Shown here in pieces: positions 57,850 through 64,000 of a stretch of DNA of 64,000 bases (position 1 is the stretch's first letter; every line of letters begins with the position of its first letter). Source of the stretch: Bacteroidota bacterium (GTDB lineage Bacteria > Bacteroidota > Bacteroidia > NS11-12g > UBA955); NCBI GenBank assembly GCA_030834125.1, contig JAURFW010000002.1:131817-195816 (forward strand), given 5' to 3'. The translations under genes and the position numbers were made by a program. The notes beneath the pieces are model-generated. The model did no database searches, had not been told where the DNA came from, and was given only the letters and a program-made list of their open reading frames with translations.

Positions 57850-58576
57850 TTTCTTTAGCTAGATATTTATCGATTACACCGTGAAAACCATACAATAGTG
57901 GTAACAAAATAACCGCCATCGTCAATTTATAAAGGTAGTTTATTGTACCTACTTGAATAATCCAAGATAATGAATAGTTGCCGCCAAAATAGAAAGCAAT
58001 AATTAGAACAACATAAGAGTCAATAAACTGACTAATTGCAGTACTTCCAGTAGCCCTTAGCCAAATCATTTTATTAGATGTTTTTTCCTTGATTTTTTCA
58101 AAAATTAAAGCATCTACGATTTGACCTATTAAAAAGGCGACCAAGCTTCCAATAATAATCATCAGTCCTTGTCCAAAAACTTTATTAAATGCTTGTTGCA
58201 TAGATTGGATACCTGACTGTTCGGCAGAGCCAACCCAAAAATCTGCTCCTTCTAAGCCAATGGAGATTCTTACTGCTAAAAATGAATAAATAAGCATAAA
58301 TACTGCAATGAAAGAGAGCTTCTGAACTCCTTTTTTCCCGAAATATTCATTAATAACATCAGTTAAAATAAAAACAAAAGGCCATAAAATTACACCCGCC
58401 GTCATATCAAGATTGTAAACGGCATCACCAATATGTATTTGGGCTGGATTAATACCTATTGTTTTCTCTACACTAAAGATCTTAGCCCCAATAAATTCAG
58501 CAATAATTGCGTTAGTAAGGAATAAAAATCCAAGAATTAGAAAAAGATTATTTCTACGAGAAAGTTCAAACTTCAT
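57833..58576 (-). CDS. YhhQ/VUT-family queuosine-precursor transporter
   Basis: WPFVFILTDVINEYFG and WLRATGSTAISQFIDSYVVLIIAF line up with E. coli YhhQ (FPFIFLATDLTVRIFG, WLAPTASTLFGNVSDT...), as recalled from memory. Confidence 0.75.
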   Translation of the reverse strand: MKFELSRRNNLFLILGFLFLTNAIIAEFIGAKIFSVEKTIGINPAQIHIGDAVYNLDMTAGVILWPFVFILTDVINEYFGKKGVQKLSFIAVFMLIYSFLAVRISIGLEGADFWVGSAEQSGIQSMQQAFNKVFGQGLMIIIGSLVAFLIGQIVDALIFEKIKEKTSNKMIWLRATGSTAISQFIDSYVVLIIAFYFGGNYSLSWIIQVGTINYLYKLTMAVILLPLLYGFHGVIDKYLAKEISQTT

Positions 58577-58667
58577 TTATCAAAACTACTATAAATTAGA
58601 CAACAATGTTCGCTGTGTATAATGTTGTATGATTAAGTGGGTATGTAGTTTTATTTTTAACGAATAA

Positions 58668-59696
58668 ATGATTTACATCTGGAGACATATATGGTTTACG
58701 TTTGTTTTTATAGCGATGTTTGATTTTGCTACAGCACAAACAGAACAAGAGCAGTTTGACCAAGGAGTGGAATTGTTGAATGATAATCAATATAAAAAAG
58801 CGAAGTACGCTTTCTATAATTTATCACAGAATTACCCAACAAATGCACGGTATCATTACTATTTGGGTGTTTCAAAACTAAAGTTGTCGGATCCAAGCAG
58901 CGCGCTTGTTGATTTAAACAAAAGCATATCCTTGGATCCTAATGCAAAGGAAGCATACTTTAATCGGTATATAGCAAATAATGCAACAAGGAATTTTCAA
59001 TTTGCCTTAGCTGACATTTCAAAATATTTAGAATTTTATCCAAATGATACTATTTCCAGATTAAACAGATTTGCCTTATCTAGATATATGAATGAAGTTG
59101 AAGAGGCAATAGAAGATGGTAAATGGCTAATTTCTCATAAAATAGGGGAGGATTCATTGGTTAATAGTTTGATACTTTTATTAACAAATGAAAAGCGCGA
59201 TGTTGACCTTAAGGGTATATTAGACGATGTAATTCATATTAGTTCTGATAATCACTGGTGGTATTTTGAAAGAGCAATGGTACAATACCGATTAAATCAA
59301 TTTGAATCATCTTTGAAAGATCTAGAACGTTTTCTGATTGTTGAGCCAAAATACATACCCGCTTTGAAGCTTAGGTTTGACAATAACTTTTATTTGAGAA
59401 ATTTACCACTTTGTGAGAAACAAATAGATGAACTTATTCAACTAGATTCAAAAAACGGCACATTTCACGGGGATTGCGGACATATTTTATTACAAAAAGG
59501 AGATTGGAGAGGAGCGGTTAAACAATTTAATAATGCGATAAAATATAAAAGTGAACATTTAGGTTATACTTATTTAGGCAGAGGAATAGCACGATACAAT
59601 TTAGGTGATAATAAAATGGCTTGTGAAGATTGGGAAAAAAGTTTGTTGTTGGGTGAAACAACCGCAAGAAGATTCATTTCAAAATATTGTGATTAA
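58668..59696 (+). CDS. secreted TPR-repeat protein
   Basis: Signal peptide and several TPR-like 34-aa repeats. Confidence 0.65.
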   Translation: MIYIWRHIWFTFVFIAMFDFATAQTEQEQFDQGVELLNDNQYKKAKYAFYNLSQNYPTNARYHYYLGVSKLKLSDPSSALVDLNKSISLDPNAKEAYFNRYIANNATRNFQFALADISKYLEFYPNDTISRLNRFALSRYMNEVEEAIEDGKWLISHKIGEDSLVNSLILLLTNEKRDVDLKGILDDVIHISSDNHWWYFERAMVQYRLNQFESSLKDLERFLIVEPKYIPALKLRFDNNFYLRNLPLCEKQIDELIQLDSKNGTFHGDCGHILLQKGDWRGAVKQFNNAIKYKSEHLGYTYLGRGIARYNLGDNKMACEDWEKSLLLGETTARRFISKYCD

Positions 59697-60699
59697 CAAA
59701 ATCAAAAATATTGCATTTTTAACTTTGGCATTTATTGGGAAAGTTATATCAATTAATGCTCAAGTTCAAGATTCCCTTTTGCCTATTACTGGTGAAATTA
59801 GTCTTTGTTTAGAAAAAATAAAATTTGATCAATCTGAATTTACAATAATTCCTATTGAACAATTTGATAATCACAGCAGTCTTTTATATTCGAGTAATGC
59901 AAACTTTTGGAAAGTAGATGCGCAGTTAGACCCAGATTCTTTTTTAGTTGTAAATAAAGAATCGAGGGAAATTATTGACATTATTCATAAAAGCCGTGTT
60001 CTTGGTATAGAAAAAGGTGGAAATTTAAAAGAATTGGCAAGACTTTATGGATTTATTCACAAACACCAAGACAGTGTTTCAATAAAGTTTGTAAGAGGAA
60101 GAAAAGGTTTTTTTAATTTTGATTCTATTGGTCCAAAATTGCAAAATGCCTTTTACGTGTTTTCAGAAATCGGTGTTAATCCAAATTTGGCTCAATTGCT
60201 ATTATTGATTGAAAGTCCTAATAATCCAGATGCTGTTTCGGTATCTGGAGCTCGTGGACATTTTCAACTCATGCCATCTGTTGCAAGACGCTATGGACTT
60301 AAGGTCAATAGGTGGAAAGATGAAAGAACTGATTTCAATAAGTCGGCAAAGGCAGCTGCAAAGCTTATAAAGAAATATTGTATTCCTCAAGCTGAAATAA
60401 TTTGTAGAAATATGGATATTAAATACAGCCCTACGGAATTGTGGTTTCAATTATTAGCGCTTCATATTTATAATGCTGGAGCAGGCACAGTTTCTAAAGC
60501 AGTATATCTTTATAAGGGCAAGGTTTCAGAAGGTGGAGTTTTAATTCGAACATTGTGGAATACTAATTATGGGAGATTTGGTAATAGTTCACAAAATTAC
60601 ACTCAAGTTGCATTAGGAAGCTATTTAGCCTATCGTAATTACCTTGATCAAAAATCGACCAGATATTACTCTGAATTAACTACAGACAACAAGTTTTGA
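59689..60699 (+). CDS. lytic transglycosylase (SLT domain) with a signal peptide
   Basis: SLT catalytic region ESPNNPDAVSVSGARGHFQLMPSVARRYGL. An in-frame GTG at 59689 gives a plausible signal peptide (MINKIKNIAFLTLAFIGKVISINAQ) and overlaps the upstream stop by 8 nt. Confidence 0.7.
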   Translation: MINKIKNIAFLTLAFIGKVISINAQVQDSLLPITGEISLCLEKIKFDQSEFTIIPIEQFDNHSSLLYSSNANFWKVDAQLDPDSFLVVNKESREIIDIIHKSRVLGIEKGGNLKELARLYGFIHKHQDSVSIKFVRGRKGFFNFDSIGPKLQNAFYVFSEIGVNPNLAQLLLLIESPNNPDAVSVSGARGHFQLMPSVARRYGLKVNRWKDERTDFNKSAKAAAKLIKKYCIPQAEIICRNMDIKYSPTELWFQLLALHIYNAGAGTVSKAVYLYKGKVSEGGVLIRTLWNTNYGRFGNSSQNYTQVALGSYLAYRNYLDQKSTRYYSELTTDNKF

Positions 60700-60856
60700 T
60701 GTGGATAATCCTTTTTGTTCATAGTAGTATTAATCAAATAAGGTAGAAATATCAATTATATCAATTTGATTTATAGTGATATAGGTACCTAATTTAGAAA
60801 TCTTTTAAATTGTTTCTCTTGTGTACAAAATATTTTATTGAGAATGATTAGCTTGG

Positions 60857-60864
60857 TATATTTG
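60857..60864 (+). promoter_or_regulatory. -7 element TATATTTG upstream of the ACIII operon
   Basis: Exact TAnnTTTG match 29 nt upstream of the actA ATG. Confidence 0.5.
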
Positions 60865-60893
60865 CGCTGCGATAATACTTTTCGTAATCAGAT

Positions 60894-62210
60894 ATGAAGA
60901 TAAATCGATTCAAGTTGTGGGCTGTTGCTGTTTCTTTTATGTTATCGGCACCCACGTTTGCACAAGATGGTCCCAATGCAGAGAATGGAAAAAAGCTTTA
61001 TGAAGCAAACAACTGTGGTAGTTGTCATGCTTTAGATAAAAAGCTTGTTGGACCTGCATTGAGGGGTGTTCATGAGAGACGCTCTGAAGAGTGGTTAATT
61101 AGCTGGATTAGAAATAATAAAAAATTCAGAGAGAGTGGAGATGCAGATGCAATAAAGCTGTATAATGATTATGGTGGAGCTGCAATGAATATATTTGAGA
61201 ATCTTACACCGGCAGATGTACTAGATATTGTTGAATATATTAAAACTGCACCAGCACCAAAAGCTGCTGCAGGTCCAGCTGCAACAAATACGGGTGGTAA
61301 TCAAGTTGATTCAGATCCAACAGTTAAGTATATATTATTAATATTAGTTGCTGTCTTCTCTATCGTATTAGTTGTGCTAGCGCGTGTTCGTAACACTATG
61401 AAACGCATTGCTGCCGAGAAGTCTCCAGAAGATTATCCAGAATTGTTTGATAATAAGAAATGGTATCAACGCTATTTGCCAAAAGCAATGGCAAACTGGA
61501 ATCCTACTGTTTTAGCATTAACTATTGTTACATTGATTGCATTACCTTCATCTTATTTTGGTTATAAATACAGCATCACGGAAGTTGGTGTTCAGAAGGG
61601 CTATGCACCTACTCAGCCAATTGCTTTTTCGCATAAGTTGCACGCTGGAGAATTGAATATTGATTGTAAATATTGTCACTCTACAGTAGAGTCTAGTAAA
61701 AGTGCGAGTATTCCGGCACTTAACACCTGCATGAACTGTCACAAAGGTGTTCAATTAACGGAGAAATACAACGGAGAAATATCTCCAGAAATTAAAAAAA
61801 TATACGCAGCTCTAGATTATAATCCAGAAGAATTACCAGGTAAGCAGTTTGGTGATAATCCTAATCCAATTCGTTGGGTGAGAATTCACAACCTGCCAGA
61901 TCACGCATATTTCAATCACTCTCAGCACGTGGTTGTTGGTAAATTACAATGTCAAAGTTGTCATGGACCAATCGAGAAGATGGAGAAGGTTCAACAATGG
62001 AATACCTTACAAATGGGATGGTGTATAGATTGTCACAGAAATACGGGTATCGATGTAGCTAATAATAACTATTATGCTGCACTACATGATAAAGCAAATA
62101 AAGATTTGAAAGCTAACGAGAATCACAGTATGTACTTTGGTCCAGAGGGTAAGGTAAAAATAACACCTGCTATGAATGGTGGCCTAGAGTGTGCTAAGTG
62201 TCACTATTAA
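60894..62210 (+). CDS. actA: alternative complex III multihaem cytochrome c subunit ActA (N-terminal monohaem cyt c domain, a TM helix and a pentahaem domain; 6 CxxCH in total)
   Basis: Six CxxCH motifs: CGSCH, CKYCH, CMNCH, CQSCH, CIDCH, CAKCH. A TM segment follows the first domain, a TAT-signal molybdopterin-like ActB gene lies directly downstream, and a TATATTTG -7 element sits at 60857-60864. Confidence 0.8.
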   Translation: MKINRFKLWAVAVSFMLSAPTFAQDGPNAENGKKLYEANNCGSCHALDKKLVGPALRGVHERRSEEWLISWIRNNKKFRESGDADAIKLYNDYGGAAMNIFENLTPADVLDIVEYIKTAPAPKAAAGPAATNTGGNQVDSDPTVKYILLILVAVFSIVLVVLARVRNTMKRIAAEKSPEDYPELFDNKKWYQRYLPKAMANWNPTVLALTIVTLIALPSSYFGYKYSITEVGVQKGYAPTQPIAFSHKLHAGELNIDCKYCHSTVESSKSASIPALNTCMNCHKGVQLTEKYNGEISPEIKKIYAALDYNPEELPGKQFGDNPNPIRWVRIHNLPDHAYFNHSQHVVVGKLQCQSCHGPIEKMEKVQQWNTLQMGWCIDCHRNTGIDVANNNYYAALHDKANKDLKANENHSMYFGPEGKVKITPAMNGGLECAKCHY

Positions 62211-62228
62211 TAATTGAAAATCAAAATA

Positions 62229-64000
62229 ATGTCGAATAATAAAAGATACTGGAAAGGGGAAGAGGAATTATCGCAAAGTCCTCAGTTCCTTGCAGACCAA
62301 AAGCGCGAGTTTGGTGATGCTCTTCCTTTGGATGAAGCTCTATCAGATGAGAATTTTGAACTGAATTCCAATCGTCGTGACTTTTTGAAATTCTTCGGTT
62401 TTAGTGTTACAGCAGTAGCATTAGCATCTTGTTACAAGACTAATGTTCGCTATGCTGTACCATATTTGGTAAAGCCAGAAGATGTTACTCCTGGGGAGGC
62501 AAATTATTATCGTTCTACTTGTGGTGCTTGCGCTGCAAATTGTGGAATTGAAGTTAAAGTAAGAGAAGGTCGTCCAATTAAACTTGATGGTAGCCCTGAT
62601 TCCGCAATTTCGAACGGAGGTATGTGTGCAACTGGTCAAGCATCTATCTTATCTCTATATGATACTGAAAGACTTGCAAACCCTTTAATGAAAGGTGAAG
62701 AAGTTAAAGAATGGACTAAGTTAGATGGCACGATTAAAGGTAAATTGGCAGTGCTTAAAGCAACGAATAAAAAGGTTGCTTTGATAACTAATAGTATAAA
62801 TAGTCCTTCAACAAATTCAGCAATTGCAGCATTTACAGAAGCATTCCCAAATGTTGAACATGTGTCTTTTGATTCGGTTTCACATTCTGGTATGTTAGAA
62901 GCGAATGAGGCTGATTTTGGGAAGCGGGTAGTACCACATTACCTATTTCAAAATGCTAAGGCAATAGTTTCTTTTGGTGCTGATTTCTTGGGAACTTGGT
63001 TATCACCTGTTGAGTTTCAATCTCAATATGCTAACCATAGACGCCCTGAAGTTGCTGGTGGGATGTCTGTTCATGTACAGTTTGAAAGTAACCTTTCAAT
63101 CACAGGTACTAATGCTGATCATAGATTCCCAATGGCTTCATCTAAAGAATTAGCATATGTAGCAACTTTATATAACTACATCGCTATAAAATTAGGTGGT
63201 ACTCAAATCTCAGTTCCTAGTAATGATGAACTAGCGGGTAATGCGATTGAAAAATCAGCTGAAATTCTATTGAATAACACGGGAAAGTCTTTAGTTGTAT
63301 CTGGAAGTAATAGCAAAGAAATACACCAGGTGGTTAATGCCATCAATATGATTTTGAACAACTACGGTAAGACTATTGATATTGCAAATCATTCAAACCA
63401 GTATTCAGGTAATGATGATCAAATGAATGCTGTTTTTGAAGGTGTTAAGTCTGGTTCAATAAAGGGAGTAATATTCTACGGTGTTAATCCTGTATTTACA
63501 CACAATAAAGAGTGGACAGCGGCAATTGCTAAAGCCGATTTTTCGTTAAGTTTCGCATCAACAAAAGATGAAACAGCGGTTGCATGTACTTATATTTGTC
63601 CTGATAATCATTTCCTAGAAAGTTGGTCAGATTCTGAACCAATTAAGGGAATGTATCATTTTACACAACCTACTATTGCACCGGTTTTCAATACTCGTCA
63701 AGCGCAAGAAAGTTTACTAAATTGGGCAGGCGCATTGCCAGATGCAACCAATAATCCATTTGCTGATAAGGGTATTTTATCTCAGAAGTTAGAAGCTTCT
63801 CCATATTACTTGTATATCCGTAATAATTGGAACGAGAAATTAGGTGATAAATTCAACAGTACGTTGGAAGTTGGTTATTTCTCCGATCAAGCAAACAACA
63901 ATGAATCAATTCCTTCCTATATGGGGAATGTTTCAAACCTTTCATCTGCAGTTAGTAAATCTTCTGCAGCAAATGGTATTGAAATGGTACTTTATCAATC
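62229..64000 (+). CDS. actB: alternative complex III ActB (molybdopterin-oxidoreductase-like Fe-S subunit), 3'-truncated by the window edge
   Basis: Twin-arginine signal SNRRDFLKFFG, an Fe-S Cys cluster CGACAANCG...C, and a molybdopterin-oxidoreductase-like domain that continues to the end of the window. Confidence 0.8.
   Translation, partial: MSNNKRYWKGEEELSQSPQFLADQKREFGDALPLDEALSDENFELNSNRRDFLKFFGFSVTAVALASCYKTNVRYAVPYLVKPEDVTPGEANYYRSTCGACAANCGIEVKVREGRPIKLDGSPDSAISNGGMCATGQASILSLYDTERLANPLMKGEEVKEWTKLDGTIKGKLAVLKATNKKVALITNSINSPSTNSAIAAFTEAFPNVEHVSFDSVSHSGMLEANEADFGKRVVPHYLFQNAKAIVSFGADFLGTWLSPVEFQSQYANHRRPEVAGGMSVHVQFESNLSITGTNADHRFPMASSKELAYVATLYNYIAIKLGGTQISVPSNDELAGNAIEKSAEILLNNTGKSLVVSGSNSKEIHQVVNAINMILNNYGKTIDIANHSNQYSGNDDQMNAVFEGVKSGSIKGVIFYGVNPVFTHNKEWTAAIAKADFSLSFASTKDETAVACTYICPDNHFLESWSDSEPIKGMYHFTQPTIAPVFNTRQAQESLLNWAGALPDATNNPFADKGILSQKLEASPYYLYIRNNWNEKLGDKFNSTLEVGYFSDQANNNESIPSYMGNVSNLSSAVSKSSAANGIEMVLYQ

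Overview
This 64 kb window is a chromosomal segment from a low-GC Bacteroidota genome. The phylum call rests on a SusC/SusD pair, a T9SS type-B (gliding-motility) C-terminal sorting domain, Bacteroidetes-type TAnnTTTG -7 promoter elements and frequent leaderless or non-ATG starts. About 48 protein genes and 2 tRNAs are called. Most are housekeeping: msrA (5' cut by the window edge), pckA, alaS, rsmG, xseAB, rnr, ung, ftsE, cca, serS, map, rpsA, and the start of an alternative complex III operon (actA, plus actB cut by the 3' edge). One accessory block at 7.6-20.2 kb is a polysaccharide utilization locus: SusC, SusD, a LamG lipoprotein, two paralogous GH144-like (glucoamylase-like/DUF3131) proteins, a GH3 beta-glucosidase, an esterase and an NrtR/AraR-type Nudix regulator. 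The locus ends at a bidirectional terminator and a tRNA-Pro/tRNA-Arg pair. Past the tRNAs lies a cluster with no assigned function: an 873-aa protein (duplicated N-terminal beta-rich domain plus tandem CbbX/SpoVK-type AAA+ modules), then a secreted protein and a long PIF1-family helicase sharing an operon. A second orphan module of three hypothetical genes sits at 45.1-46.8 kb between cca and serS, with three tandem 22-23 bp palindrome-containing repeats in its divergent promoter. I found no CRISPR array, rRNA, integrase or transposase. Start codons were corrected in several places using promoter position and N-terminal conservation. All calls are by eye from the sequence and the ORF track; no searches were run.
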